From Octopus bimaculoides (lineage: Eukaryota), in the NCBI RefSeq assembly GCF_001194135.2, contig NC_068990.1, forward strand, positions 44,895,743 through 44,959,742: a stretch of 64,000 nt of DNA, in the 5' to 3' direction. Under the pieces are notes generated by a model. That model was not told the origin of the DNA and ran no database searches. It saw only the letters and a program-made list of their open reading frames with translations. Numbering within the stretch: the first letter of the stretch is position 1; each line of letters starts with the position of its first letter. Both the position numbers and the translations under genes were made by a program. Positions 13,246 through 27,224 of the stretch are shown here, in pieces.

Positions 13246-15761
13246 CNNNNNNNNNNNNNNNNNNNNNNNNNNNNNNNNNNNNNNNNNNNNNNNNNNNNNN
13301 NNNNNNNNNNNNNNNNNNNNNNNNNNNNNNNNNNNNNNNNNNNNNNNNNNNNNNNNNNNNNNNNNNNNNNNNNNNNNNNNNNNNNNNNNNNNNNNNNNNN
13401 NNNNNNNNNNNNNNNNNNNNNNNNNNNNNNNNNNNNNNNNNNNNNNNNNNNNNNNNNNNNNNNNNNNNNNNNNNNNNNNNNNNNNNNNNNNNNNNNNNNN
13501 NNNNNNNNNNNNNNNNNNNNNNNNNNNNNNNNNNNNNNNNNNNNNNNNNNNNNNNNNNNNNNNNNNNNNNNNNNNNNNNNNNNNNNNNNNNNNNNNNNNN
13601 NNNNNNNNNNNNNNNNNNNNNNNNNNNNNNNNNNNNNNNNNNNNNNNNNNNNNNNNNNNNNNNNNNNNNNNNNNNNNNNNNNNNNNNNNNNNNNNNNNNN
13701 TGTATGTATGTATGTATGTATGTATGTCTGTATGTATGTATGTATGTATGTATGTCTGTATGTATGTATGTATGTATGTATGTATGTATGTACGGATGTA
13801 TGTATGTGTGTGTGTGTGTGTGTGTGTATGTGTACGTACGCATGCATGTATATATGTAAAGCCAAGATGAACAACACTCCGATGAAGACTAAGCAGGCCT
13901 AAACTTCGAAGTCACAGTCAACACTATGGTTACCCCACGAATAAAGTGTGTGTGTGTGTTTGGTGTATGTGTGGTGTGCGTGAATGTGTGTGTGTGAGAG
14001 AGTGTATACACCTATATACATAAGTGTTTGAGTGTGTGTGTGTGAGTGTGTATTTGTGTTTGTTCACCACTACCTCCACAGTATGACAAGCGGTGTTGGC
14101 TTGTTTTCATCCATTTTACTTAGTGGTTCGGTAAAAGCGACGGATAGAATAAGTACCAGGATCGATTTCTTCGACTAATATCTCTCAAGATGATGCTTCA
14201 GCATGGCCACAGTCCAATAAGTAAAACAAGTAAAAGATAAAAGATAAAAAGATAAGAGTCTAACCACGTTTATCACAAACCAAGGTTTTCATATCAGAAT
14301 ATTTCCTCTCAATATGCTTCCGAATGTCCGTGAAAGTGTAACCGAAGAAATCGCAAATTCTACGCTTGTAATCTCATTGACCTTTATGTCGTCTGTTCAA
14401 TGAAAGTGGCAGTGGAGAGAGAGAGAGAGAGCAGCGAGAAGACAGACAGACAGTCAGAGAGACAGACAGATAGACAGAGACAAATAAATAATGAGAAAAT
14501 AGAAAGTGGAAGATAATTGCTACGGGTCAGTAGTTAACACATAGCAAGAAAGTCGTTCAACCGTTAAGAAATGAATCAAATGTTACAACTTTTCACGGTT
14601 GGGTGATTAGAGTCTGTGAAGAGTCATTCAGATATGTCGATAAACAATAAATATTCGTCAACAAAATTCTTGAGAGTTGAGAATCATGGCATCAGAATTA
14701 CTGAAGCAGAGTAAACTGGGCAAGTAGACCAACATTCCTGATTTCAAATCCTCAACTAGAGACATCGTCATCATCAACATCATTATCGTTTTAACGTCCA
14801 CTTTTCCATTCTTGTATGGGTCAGACGAAGACTGATAAGGCAGATTTTTACGAACGGATGTCCTTCCTGTCACGCACCTTCACCTGTTCCCAGGTAATAT
14901 TTTCCCGTGGCCAGACATGTTTTCGCAGAATACTGGAAATGAATGACTTTCGCACGATGTCACGACCAGGAGACACAAACATACACGCACTCACACACGC
15001 TCGCACGCTCGTGTATGTGTGTACGCGCGTATAATCATCGTTTTAACATCTACTTTTTTTTATATCTGCTTGGGTCGGACAGATTTTATTGAAACAGGTT
15101 TTTCCACAGCCGGACGCCCTTCATGTCGCTTCTCTTACTTCTATCCTTGCAAGCTAATATTTCCACATGGCCAGACTTATTTTCACAGAATATTGGGAAT
15201 GAATGACATTCATTTACATCAACGATGCAATACATCTATTTTCAAACCTTCTCTGAAGTTGTGATTATAACTGAATTATGATTACAACATGGGTATGCGT
15301 GTATTTTTGAAAATACCTCACGGAGTGACGATCGTACCCTGCATAGTTACGGACTGTCCTTTGGCAAAGCATAGCACCCGTTCAGCCACCCTTCCAAGAA
15401 TACAGCGAAGTCACGGCGGATTGTAAAGAGGTAGCAGAAGATCTCAACTGAACCAATAGTGCTTCTTATATCGATGCTGAGTGGAGGAATCGTAGAAAAT
15501 CAACGGTCAGGACCACCAAATTCTATCAAGAGAGTAACTGCAACACATCCATAGGGGTGGTGTCCATGATTATGTAATCAGCTAATGAAAGATTCACTAT
15601 AACTCAAGCTTCCAATTCAAATTCATGATAATGGAATCGGATGGCGACAGAGTCATGGGAATCCGCGAAAGCAGCGATAAAAAGAACAAATGATGATAAC
15701 ATTTCACATTCCTTCAGTTTCCTTAGATATAATGAGTACCGGCCAATATGTTAAAGGGACA

Positions 15762-15819
<58 letters not shown>

Positions 15820-16179
15820 CTTTTCCTTCTGGCTAGATAACAAAGTATCTCTTTTACATCAGTACACCCGTTTTTGTCTTCCTTCTTGTACCTCTCTCTC
15901 TCCCCTCGCTCTCTTTCTCTCTCTTTTCCTCTCACACTCTCTTTCTCCCACTCTTTCCCTCCCTCTCCCCCTCTCTATCTCTGTCTCTGACCGAGTAACC
16001 ATGTACCTCCTCTATAGCAAGACTCCTGTTTCTTCTTTGTTTCTCTGTCACATACTAACCTTTCATCATCTGACACAAAATCCCCTCCTCTATAGCAAAA
16101 CACCTTTTCTGCCTCTCTGTTTCTCTATCACCTTTCATCATCTGCCACAAGAATCCTTCCTCCAGTGCCCCCTTCCCTC

Positions 16180-16503
16180 TCAAAATTCCTTGTCTTGCAA
16201 GTTATTTGGTGACCCTGCCGGTGCTGGTGGTATGTAAAGAGCATCCAGTCCACACTGTAAAATTGTTGGCATTTGGAAGGGCATCCAGCTGTAAAAACTG
16301 ACCTCGCCTGTGCTGGTGCTACGTAAAAAGCACTCAGTCCACTCTACAGGATAGTTAGTGTTAGGGAAGGCATCCAACCGTAAAAACCCTGCCAAGACAG
16401 ATACAGAAGCTTGGTGTAGTCTTCTACCTAGCGGGCTCCTGTCAAACCGTCCAACACATGCATGCATGGGAGACGGACGTTAAACGATGATGATGATGAT
16501 GAT
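16180..16503 (+). mobile_element. Family A-tailed element (related copy 27700-27945), followed by an inverted tRNA-headed SINE (16504-16670)
   Basis: gcacccagtccactc...gaagggcatcc...ggacgttaaacgatgatg. Confidence 0.8.
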
Positions 16504-17352
16504 ATATACATGACTGGCTTCTTTCAGTTTCCGTCAACCAAATCCACTCACAAGGCTTTTGTTCGGCCCGAGGCTATACTAGAAGATACTTTGACCAAGG
16601 TGCCTCCCAGTGGAACTGAACCTAGAACCATGTGGTTGGGAAGCAAACTTCTTACCATACAACCACAACAACAGCAACCATCATCATATTGACTGCACTC
16701 ATTATAAAAACTTGTTTCACCACAACCACAGCCATCTTTCTCAGATTCAGTTTCATTTAAAGATCACAGCATAGACATACATGGATGCATGCAAAGCTGT
16801 GTCGTTAAGAAATTTGTTTTGCAGTTACATGGTTCGAGGTTCAATTCCAGTGTGCAACTCCTTTATAAAGACATTTTAACTGTAACCATTTTGGCGACGA
16901 AAGTCTTCTGATTAGAATTTGATAGAAACTCGATGGAAACCCATCACGCGCGCGTGCGCGTGCGCGCGCATGTGTACGTATATGCGTGCGTCTGTGTGTA
17001 TGCGTCTATGTGTGTGCGTGTGCAGGTGTATACATATGACAAGTTGCTTTAGTTTTTAACTACCAACTTTACTCACGAAGTATTGGTCAACTCGTCGTTT
17101 ATTTTGTAGGATGCCAGCCGACAGCATCCATTTGCAAAACAAATTATCTTTACCACGCTATGTGAATCCAGTTTTTGAAAAGAATTCAAAACAATGTCTA
17201 AGAATTAATTGACATATTAAATAATTCAACTGAATAATAATTCTACAGAACGTTTCCTAACATAAGCTCAGGTCGTCCACAGTTAACTTCCCTTCAAATT
17301 TTGAAGAGTTACTTACCATGTTTAGTATAAAGCTATACATACATACATACAT

Positions 17353-17735
17353 TTGTTGTTGGCACTCCGTCGCTTATGACGTCGAGGGTTTCAGTTGATC
17401 CGATCAACGGAACTGCTCGTGAAATTAACGTGCAAGTGGCTGAGCACTCCACAGACACGTGTACCCTTAACGTAGTTCTCGGTGGATATTCAGCGTGACA
17501 CAGTGTGACAAGGCTGACCCTTTGAATTACAGGCTCAACAGAAACAGGAAGTAAGAGTGAGAGAAAGTTGTGGTGGAAGAGTACAGCAGGGTTCGCCACC
17601 ATCCCCTGCCGGAGCCTCGTGGAGCTTTAGGTGTTTTCGCTCAATAAACACTCACAACGCCCGGTCTGGGAATCGAAACCGTGATCCTATGACCGCGAGT
17701 CCACTGCCCTAACCACTGGGCCATTGCGCCTCCAC
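17353..17735 (-). mobile_element. tRNA-headed SINE, family 1, inserted in a (TACA)n tract
   Basis: Reverse complement of the family-1 sequence, with (CAA)n tail. Confidence 0.9.
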
Positions 17736-17748
17736 AAACATACATACA

Positions 17749-17779
<31 letters not shown>

Positions 17780-18097
17780 CATTATCACCATCATCATCAT
17801 TTAACATCTGTCTTCCGAACTAACATGGGTTGGACGGTTTGATAAGACGGAGCCAGAGGACTGCATCGAACTCCGATGTCAGTTTTGGTATGGCTTGACT
17901 GTTGGAATATCCCGCGTGAAAAATATAGTATAAATGGTAGGATGTCATAGAGCGAAGGCCAATGCCGGTATCCCGTGGAACACTATCCTACATCTTCACC
18001 TTTTCCATCCAAAAGTATTTCAACCTAATATTTACAGGCTGTCTATAGCCTTTTGTGTGCTTCGAGATCCACTGTTCAAAAACGAATTATCAAATTA

Positions 18098-19371
18098 TTG
18101 GGTTATCCCATAAATAATGCGGTTTTTTAATTGCATAAACTAGAAGTCCGAAAGGGACGACATAAACTACCTGCATCAACTTGCTATAAAAGCAGGTAGT
18201 AATTTTACCTTGTCCTTATTCTTAGTGGAAGTTTTGAAGAGTGCAGTTCGATTTTAACAGTTATTTTTTCAAAACTATAATGGAAGTGACAAAGGAGCAT
18301 ATTCAGCATATTCTGTTTTATAAGTTCAATAAAGGCAACAATGGAAAATGCGACGAATATTAATGCAGTATATGGGGATCAGACAATAAGTGTAAGCCAG
18401 TGTCAACGGTGATTCCAGTAATTCCGAGCCGGAAACTACTGCCTAGAAGCGAGCCCCGTCCTGGAAGATCTCTAGAGCTCAACGAGAACGTTCTGCAAAC
18501 CCTGGTTGAACAAAATCCCATCGTAACTGTTAAGGAACAAGCAAAGAAGTTTGGATTTGGTCATACAACCATTCATTGACACCTGCGTGCCATCAAAAAA
18601 GTCAGCAAATTTGGTCAATGGGTTCCTCACAAACTTTCCGAGTTTAATTGCACAGATAGTGAATGTGTGCTCTTCTTTACTGTCACGTCTCAGAAATGAA
18701 CCTTTTTTGGACCGAATAGTGACAGGTGACGAGAAATGGGTTCTCTATAAAAATGTCAAATGCCGAAGACAGTGGGTAGGGAAAGGAGAAACACCGGCAC
18801 TCGAGGCTAAAGAAAATTTTCACCCATGTAAGGTGTTATTATTTGTTTAGTGGTATACGAAAGGTTTAGTGCACTTTGAAATTTTTAAACCCAAACCAAA
18901 CGATAAAAAAGGAGATCTACTGCGAGCAGCTTGAGCGGCTTAAGTCAGCGCAAGAAGAAAAACCACCATCTTTGGTTTCAAGACGAAAGGTGTTCTTCCA
19001 TCAAGATATTGCTTGGCCACATACAGCGACGATGACACTCCAAAGCAGTTTGAATGGATGACGATGCCCCACCCACCATATTCGCCGGATATTGCCCCAC
19101 CTGATTATCATTTATTCTGCAGTCTTCAAAATCATTTGGACAGAAAAAATATTAATTCTGTAGGCGAGGTCAGAACAGTCAGCACTGGAGGAGTATTTTT
19201 CGTCATGGACAAATGAATTTTGGAAAAGAGGCCTTGCAAGTCTACCAAATAGATGGAAGAGCATCGTAGAAAATGAAGGAGAGTATATTTTAGATTTAAA
19301 AAGAACTTCGTTCACCTTAATTTTGAAAAATAAAAGAAGCTAAAAACCGCATTATTTATGGGATGACTCAA
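18098..19371 (+). mobile_element. Full-length mariner (mellifera-like) fossil, 1274 bp
   Basis: TA-flanked TIRs ttgggttatcccataaataatgcggttttt. ATG 18280 MEVTKEHIQH; TGDEKW, FFHQD and HPPYSPDIAPPD motifs; disrupted frames. Confidence 0.95.
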
Positions 19372-20034
19372 TATTTTTATTTTAAGGAATTCAACTCTGT
19401 CCGTAGTCTACTATGCTGCCTTTCCGTGTTGGTAAGAACAGTTACCAGTCAACTACTGGAGTTCGTATAACTGATTCTTCTTGCTAAAGCAGTCGATTAA
19501 CTATGAACGCACGCTTGTCTGAAAGGAGAAGTTATTCTCCAGTGCCAAAATATAACAGTAGTTAGCATATTCATGTTACTGAAATGTATTTAGAATAAAT
19601 ACATCATTCTTTCAATTCACGCTGTTCTTCATACACGTGATGATTTATTGTCAGTTGGCAGGTATCAGCAAATAATTTGTTTGCTGAAGTTATAAGCTAG
19701 AGCGACAAACACTTGTTAAATTCATTAATTTGGTTAAATAGACTCACGCTTATGAATCATATGAAAGAGTGAATTATTTATTTTCCAGCGACAAAATACA
19801 ACAGCAATTAGAATATACACGTTCAAATCGATTGGAACGTATTGAGAATGAATATCCAAGTAGGGGGTGGGTAGGGGAGGGTGTTTTGTTTTCTTTTGTA
19901 TTTTTCTGCTTTTTCAATTCTTTGAATAGTTATGTATGAGTTTTGAAACACGTTTCCCTTCGTGGATTTAAAAATTCAAGTCAAGACGTTGTTGTCTCCC
20001 CTACATTCTATAATAATTAAGTTACTCTAGTAAC

Positions 20035-22784
20035 TAGTATTTTCCAAACTCTTCCGGCTGATGACACTTATAAAACATACATAATTTAGCGACACACCAA
20101 TTAAGTTTTATACAAACTTAATGTTAATTATTTTAATATGATCTAACATGGCTATAATATGCTGGTGCATTAATTAATTTTAATAGCGGGACATGTCGAG
20201 AAAACCTTTCATTTATATTTTATAAATATATTTTGTAAGCAAAATATGTGCGTTATCATTTATCGATAATAATCTGTAAATATGTGCAAGGATTAATTAA
20301 AAGAAAACTTTTATAATTTACTATTTCGGAGAGATACATGAGCTTAATGGGAAGAGCAGATATTTTGGATATTAGGTGGAATAGAAGATAATGACACTTG
20401 CATTTTACTATCAAGCATTTTCAAGTTTCCACGTTTCGAAGTTTAGCATAGCTGAAAAAGATGCTTCGCAAATGTATGTAGTAGAAAACTGCAAAAGAAT
20501 TTGTAAAGCGTTTTTGGCTAGGTTTGGATGCTTCTTTGAAACACAAAGCCAAAAGTTCTGTAAGTTCTCCTCTTCATAAATCAATAACAGACACTGATCA
20601 TTCTTGATTTCGGCTAGTTCTTCTTCTTCGGTAAGTGAAAAATCAATTGCTGCAGTTGCAAGAAATTGATTTCTGATCTAATCGTAGTTTTGGATTTCAA
20701 TATTTGGAAAACAATAATCAAGATTTTCCTCTAAGCAATGTTAAATGGTCAACAATTAACGATCTGATCCTACATTTAAGCTTGCACTCACAATTTTTGG
20801 AAAACATTGCCAAATTTCCTTCTTTTATTTTGCTTTTCCAGTTTGTTATCTTGTCTCTCATTGCACAAATTTTATCAGCCGATCTTAAGATATTTTCAGC
20901 TTTTCCCTGCATACCTGTGTTAATTTTATTCAAATATTCAAATATGTCCGAAAGATATACCAATTTGGTGCACCAAAGTTCGTCTTGAATCAGATCGTGG
21001 AATTCATTCTGTTAATTTTCTTTAAAAGTTTAAGCATCATTTCTCTCAATTTGTATACACGACAAAGCACACAACCTTTTGAAAGACAAAGAACCTGTGT
21101 ATGTAGTAAAAGTTTCTTGAGATTTGCTCCTATTTCTCCACACATATGAGCAAATAATCTTGATTTAAGAGGTCTACTTTTGATGTAATTGACCATTTGA
21201 TCCACTTCGTTTATAACTCTTCAAAAATCATCTCCAACAGTTTGTGCAATTAGTGCTTCGTGATGCAAAAAAACAATGAGTAATTATAAAATTTGTATTC
21301 TCTTTATTTTGCTAAAGTTGTAAAACCTTTTATTGAACCTACTATTGAGGGTGCGCCATCTGTGCATATTCCTATACAGTTTAACCGTAACAAATTATTT
21401 TCCTTCATGAAGGAATTTAAAGCTTGAAAATTTTTTCACCTCTAGTTCTGAATGGAAGTTCTAGACAACACAATAATTCTGTCATTATAAATGAAGCGTA
21501 TAAAAACCATCAATTGTGCTAACCCACTGACATCTGTTGATTCATCTAACTGTAATGTAAACATCATTTTATTATCTTGAAAAATATCCTTCATTTGCAG
21601 CTTAATGTCATTAGACAAATCTTGAATTTGTCTTCCAGTTGTGTTATCTGCCAAAGGAATTTTATTAACTTGTCTCAAATTCGGATCCAAATAGTACTTG
21701 CAGCAATACTATGTCGTTCCTTGTTTTTGGCAATTATTTGAGCAACCAAGTAACTTACCTCTTGAGCTTACCTCTAATGTCTTCATTCTCTTTGTGAACG
21801 TTGAAGCCTGCTTTTTTAGAGATTTTGAAAGTTCAGTGAAGTATTCCAATAGTTTTGTTGACAAATTTCCATGCCTAGTGTTGAAATAAGGCTATAATTT
21901 GTCTAGTACCATACTTTCGTTTGCAAGTATATCCCCACAAACTAAACACAGGGGACGAGGATTCTTTTCATTTCCAGAAAATGTGAAGCCCAGTTTTGTA
22001 TAATCTTTGTTGTATAAGCGAGGCTTAAACATTTTTCCAGTGCCCTTCTGACTCACTGATACAGGTCATTCAACAGTGTGGCTTCCTTCGTAGCTGTTAA
22101 ATTTTGTTAAATTCTTTTCCTAAATAAAATCTTATCCATTTTATGGGTTATTTAATTACAATTTATGAATAAGACTAACCTGATTTATTATAAAGTTATG
22201 ATAACTAAACATTTAATTAATATCACTAGCACTAAGCATGATAAAATTAGAAATGGCACGTTGCACTTAATTAGAACACCGGGTTCCAAGGGCTAAGCTC
22301 ACGAGACTGATGAACAAGGGGCAAGTGTGGCATGAGTTTAATGTGACTTCGTAATTATTAGTTCACCTTCGGTAATGCGTAATACCAGTACAGTTGAGCA
22401 ATAACTTTAGGCAAAGCAGTTCCAGAGTGTTTCGCTCACTAAAACAGGTGCGGATTTGAAATTTTTTAATCGATTTTCAATTTACTTCGAACAAGAGAAT
22501 AGCGCTTGCAATATGTTAATTCTTTTACAGTAAATAAAATACAATGAAAATGAGCGTTATATAACGAAGATTACTTGTACCTTTTTTTCTTTTTTTTTAA
22601 TCTCGCCTCCAAACATTAAGTAGGAAACGATAGCCAGTAGATAAATGCATTGACATGTTCGCTAGGCTAACAAACGGATTCTGAAAAGCTGAAACAAATT
22701 GGTATTAGGTATTTTATATATTGGTTTCCCCATACGTTTACGACACACCTATGCCTTGCTGGTGACAGAGTTTGGTAAACACTG
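20035..22784 (-). mobile_element. Near full-length hAT (Charlie/Buster, ZBED5/8-like) fossil, ~2.75 kb; transposase pseudogene ~22139-20550
   Basis: TIRs cagtgtttaccaaactct (22784, minus) and tagtattttccaaactct (20035, plus), 15/18 identical. BED-finger PLCLVCGDILANESM, catalytic FTLQLDESTDV, CTDGAPSI, YIKSRPLKSRLF and YLSDIF motifs; many stops and frameshifts. Confidence 0.9.
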
Positions 22785-23559
22785 CTCTAATGGTTCTCGT
22801 TGAATTTTAATTTGTACAGTATAAAATNNNNNNNNNNTTTTTTTTTTTTTTAACATTTTCTCTCTCTCTCTCTCTCTCTCTTCACTACCTTGATCTCTGA
22901 AGAAAAGGGGCAAGGCCCAAAATGCTACATTCTCTACTCCACAAGACAAGTGGATTCTTAAATTTCCTCAAGCATAAGTTACAATGTAATATACTGATAG
23001 TTAACTCTGCTTGGATATGTTACACTGAACTTGTTTTATTTATGTAGATGAGGTCTCAAGACTGATTGTCTTCTTGTATTTCAGTTTTTTCAAATTTATT
23101 TCCTCCTGCATTTCACACACACAAACACAATTATAGATAGCAGAATCGGTTGAGTTCAGAACAAAATGCTCTTTAGCACAAATTAATTTCCCTTTTTTGC
23201 ATTCTGAGTTTAAATCACTCCGCGTTCAACCACTAATGCCAATGTTTATGCAAGTTTAATAAGAGTTACTTCCCTTAATATTGAAGAGTTACGTCCCATG
23301 ATACCGTTTCAAATTGTGAAAAAAGGACGTTCGATTTTACAAATTTATCATGTCTGTATGCGCGTACAGTTTACGTCATGAGAATTTAGAAACGTCGAGA
23401 GACGCAAAATAATTCGGTTTTTTAAAACTTGAACTTGAAGTAGACAAAGCTATAAATAATAACCATTCAGCCATATTTGCATCCACACCTAAAGGAGAAG
23501 GGAAACAAATGCATGAATACAAAACTTTTTGTCCAATGTTCTAATGATACTTCAGCTCA

Positions 23560-23820
23560 TAACCATGAAGTTGTGAGTTCGATTCCTGGCAGCACGTTGT
23601 GTCCTTGAACAATACACATTATTTCATTCTACTCCAGTCTACTCAGCTGGCAAAAATGAGCTTGTTACATTCTGTGTCATGCTGAATTTCCCTGAGAACT
23701 ATGCAAAAGGTATGTGTGTCTGTGGAGTGCTCAGCCACTTGCATGTTAATTTTACGAGCAAGCTGTTTCATTGATCAGATCAGCTGGAACCCTCATTGTC
23801 GTAACTGATGGAATGCCAGT
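23560..23820 (+). mobile_element. Older SINE sharing the family-1 3' body
   Basis: tgctgaatttccctgagaac...gagtgctcagccacttgc...ctggaaccctc matches family 1; the 5' part is divergent. Confidence 0.7.
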
Positions 23821-24915
23821 ATCTTGCAGTCTTTTCCTAACTACTATCCTGAAAAAAATTCTGTTGCCTAACCAGAAACAAACTCAAAGTTCACATTTGA
23901 AAATAATTGAAATACAAGCAGACAACTGAGCAGTTTCTGGTTTTATTGAAGATTTCTACACAGATATAGTTTTGCATGCTAACTGCGAGAAATTCTTAGA
24001 AATTATAAATCTTGAAATATTGAAACTGTTTTTTTTTTTTTTGTAATTTCCATCAATCCCATCAATTCTCTCAATATTGTAGAAATTCACAATCTATTAT
24101 TTGTATATGTTCCTAGAGCAACTAATGGATTCTAGGAAGCAGTTAGGTTTAGGTTGAGGATGTAGCATTAGGGGCAGTTTGGGGTTAGGGTTTGGTTCTA
24201 GGGCCTGCAGTGCATCACAAAATTTAATTGTAAATTTCAGTTTATTTTCTTTCATTTTATTTATTCATTAAATATTTTTCATCTTTAAAGGTTTGTAACA
24301 TTAATTTCTCAAAAAAGAACAATTTATTATGATTGCTATAATGCATTTCAAAAACAAAAAAACAGTATGTCAGGACAGCATGCTGAGTATCAAAGGATCT
24401 GATTGGCTAAAATTTCAATAAAAGCTTCTATATTTGAATGTTCATGGCTATATTATTAAATCCTCAAAACAAAAAATTGAGATTGTTGAAGTTATATATC
24501 ACAGGTAAACTTGAGATGCTATCTGCATGAAGAACAGTAGCTAAATGTGATAACATATTTAATGCAAGGAGCATTGTTGAAAAACTATCTAGAATTAGTT
24601 ACAGCACTTTATGATCCAAGATCAAATCCTGCTAAGTGTTTTAGATAGGGAAAGATAAAATATTAGTCATCATATTAAAATTCTTCCTGTCATTCTGTTA
24701 CCAAGTTTGCATATGCATTACATTCTGCCCATTATCCACTGTTCTTACTTGGATCAAGTTACCATGAGTTAGAGGTAAAGGCCTATCAATCCAGTACATA
24801 TAAAATCGTTTTTATATTGGTATTTTTGCTCGGATGATGTCACAATTTCTTGTTTTAGTATATCTATATTCATATTTACTTTACATATATAAGACATGTT
24901 TAAGTGAATGTGTGT

Positions 24916-25295
24916 GTAGGAGTGGCTGTGTAGTAAGTAGCTTGCTTACCAACCACATGGTTCCAGGTTCATTCCCACTGCACCTTGGGTAAGTGTCTTC
25001 TACTATAGCCTCGGGCTGACCAAAGCCTTGCGAGTGGATTTGGTAGACGGAAACTGAAAGAAGCCTATCGTTTATTATGTATATGTGTATATGTTTGTGT
25101 GTCTTTGTTTGTACCCCCAACATCACTTGACAACCGATGGTGGTGTGTTTAGGTGCCCGTAACTTAGCGGTTCGGCAAAAGAGACCGATAGAATAAGTAC
25201 TAGGCATCCAAAGAATAAATCCTGGGGTCAATTTGCTCGACTAAAGGTGGTGCTCCAGCATGGCCGCAGTCAAATGAGTGAAACAAGTAAAAGAG
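24916..25295 (+). mobile_element. tRNA-headed composite SINE, family 2; fragments also near 6615-7050, 14050-14260, 32270-32930, 40820-40980, 41990-42140, 42556-42715, 44975-45130
   Basis: gtaggagtggctgtgtagtaag...ggttccaggttcattccc head; gtagacggaaactgaaagaagc core; ccagcatggccgcagtcaaatga tail, repeated across the window. Confidence 0.8.
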
Positions 25296-25431
25296 TATAT
25301 ATATATATATATATATTTGTAGGATTTCAAGTTTGTGTATTTTGCACTGATAGGGTGCTACACAATTTCCTTACATCAATATTTTTAGAAACAATAATTA
25401 TTCAGGAACAAGAAAGCATCTGAACAATAAT

Positions 25432-25678
25432 AACACTCTTTATTTTGCTATGTACAAAATGTACCGAAGGGATAATCAGCAATAACGAACATAAAACACT
25501 CTTTTGTTCTGGTATATATAAAGGTACATTCGGACAGTCAATAACCACGAACATATAACACTCTTTTGTTCGGGTATATATAAAATGTACATCAAGATAG
25601 TCAGCAATAACGAACATATAACACTCTTTTGTTCTGTTATATATAATATGTACATTTGGTCAGTCAGCAACCACGGTT
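25432..25678. repeat. Four ~63-bp tandem units (starts 25432, 25495, 25557, 25620) with alternating A/B variants
   Basis: Each unit starts aacactcttt. Units 1/3 end cagcaataacgaacata; units 2/4 contain caa(taa)ccacg. Confidence 0.9.
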
Positions 25679-27008
25679 TGGTGTATAAACAGCAAATCTG
25701 GAGTCAATCATTTCTCCAAAAACCAATAATATAACTTGGAACATCTTGGAGAAACAGGTTTGGTAATAAAAACAGCAAACTGGAGTTGATTAGACATTTG
25801 TGAAAATAACTTCACAGAAACTTCAGTAACAAACAGAGCTGGTCAATCCCTTGCGTCTGGGACAGAAGCGTAGGCGAACTGCGAGTGAAAACACGTCTGC
25901 AATGTTCAACGGCTGTGTCTCGAGTCAGAGACACTGGCAGGGAACGCGATAGAACTTTTCCTGCCAGTTTTAAGCACATGCGCACAAGGAAACTTCCGCA
26001 GGCCTTCCAGAAGATTCCATCCCCGCGCATGCGTACTAAAAACTCTCNNNNNNNNNNNNNNNNNNNNNNNNNNNNNNNNNNNNNNNNNNNNNNNNNNNNN
26101 NNNNNNNNNNNNNNNNNNNNNNNNNNNNNNNNNNNNNNNNNNNNNNNNNACTCCAATCATAAACAGCCATTAATGACAGGGATGAGGTTTGAACAGAAAC
26201 TGATCTAGCTACATTGAAACTTCATGAACAATTTTTCACCAAAAAACAAGAATTTATCATACAGTAATGTCCACACCAGAAAAAAAATATTGTTGCATTC
26301 CACTTGTTACTCTGCATTGAAACAGTGCTTTCAGTGCAATCTATTTCATAGCAGCAGCAATTATTTTGTTAAATATAAAATATAAGTATGTTGTAGAGGT
26401 TGCCTACTCTGTGGAATATCCACATGAATGGAATTGGAGGAAGAAAAAGAATACTTCCATCACTCACTTGAAAAGTTTGTATATTTAGTCCTTCTTATGA
26501 AAGTATTTGCAGTTCATGATGCATAACTATGCGTCCACTACTTTTTTTAACCATTCCCTTTACCTTCTTGTTGCCCCCATTCATATAGGTGAGACAAGTC
26601 ACCGTATCATATCACTCGAATTCTCGGCTACTATAATACACCCCTATGATAAATGAGAAACAATGTCCAGATAAGTACTAGTTTTTAGTTTGTACTTCAT
26701 TCATTTACTTTACCTTCTACCATGTTAAAGCTGCTTTTTCACATCATCTTTAATTTAATATGGCTCTTCTTTAATGTAATATGATCTGTCTCCTTACAAC
26801 TATCTCCTTCTTTCATGTGAGAGTGGTGGCCCACTAACTTGTTATTCACTTATTATCAACATCGTCTCTCTTGAAAAATTTGTATATTTTCATTCTATCA
26901 GCAGGGTGTATGTGCATATTGTGTGTTCCCAAGTGCCAGCTATCACAATCAATTAATTTAGTGCAGTAATAGGATAGATTTAATAAAACCTTGATTATAA
27001 AATATTAA

Positions 27009-27224
27009 CCCCTTTATTACCACACTTCCTTTGAAATAAACTTTGTTTCAATTAGTTTGGAAAATAACGAAGAATTTAGGAAAATAACTTTGTCATTATT
27101 AAACTGTTGTTTAAAACAATTTAACACGGAATTTTGATGGAAGGTTTTAATTTATATCACTTTAAATATGAAGTTTGTATCATGGGAACCAGGAGAGGTC
27201 TCAGGTAAGTTAGCATCAAAGGGG
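27009..27224 (+). mobile_element. TTAA-flanked piggyBac-type MITE (216 bp)
   Basis: TTAA|CCCCTTT...AAAGGGG|TTAA; internal similarity to 46943-47153. Confidence 0.8.

Noticed and set aside
15330-15720. Possible exon or LINE remnant
   Set aside because: Stops in all frames; only faint RTE-like words (PPNSI, TESW), too weak to call.
17311-17335. ATG|GTAAGT with flanks resembling LTV1 exon 1 (ttacttaccatgttt...aaagcta on plus)
   Set aside because: Short AT-rich match, no linked downstream exon, and it lies beside repeat sequence; probably chance.
25432-25678. CRISPR-like periodic array
   Set aside because: Similarity spans whole units; there is no repeat-spacer alternation.
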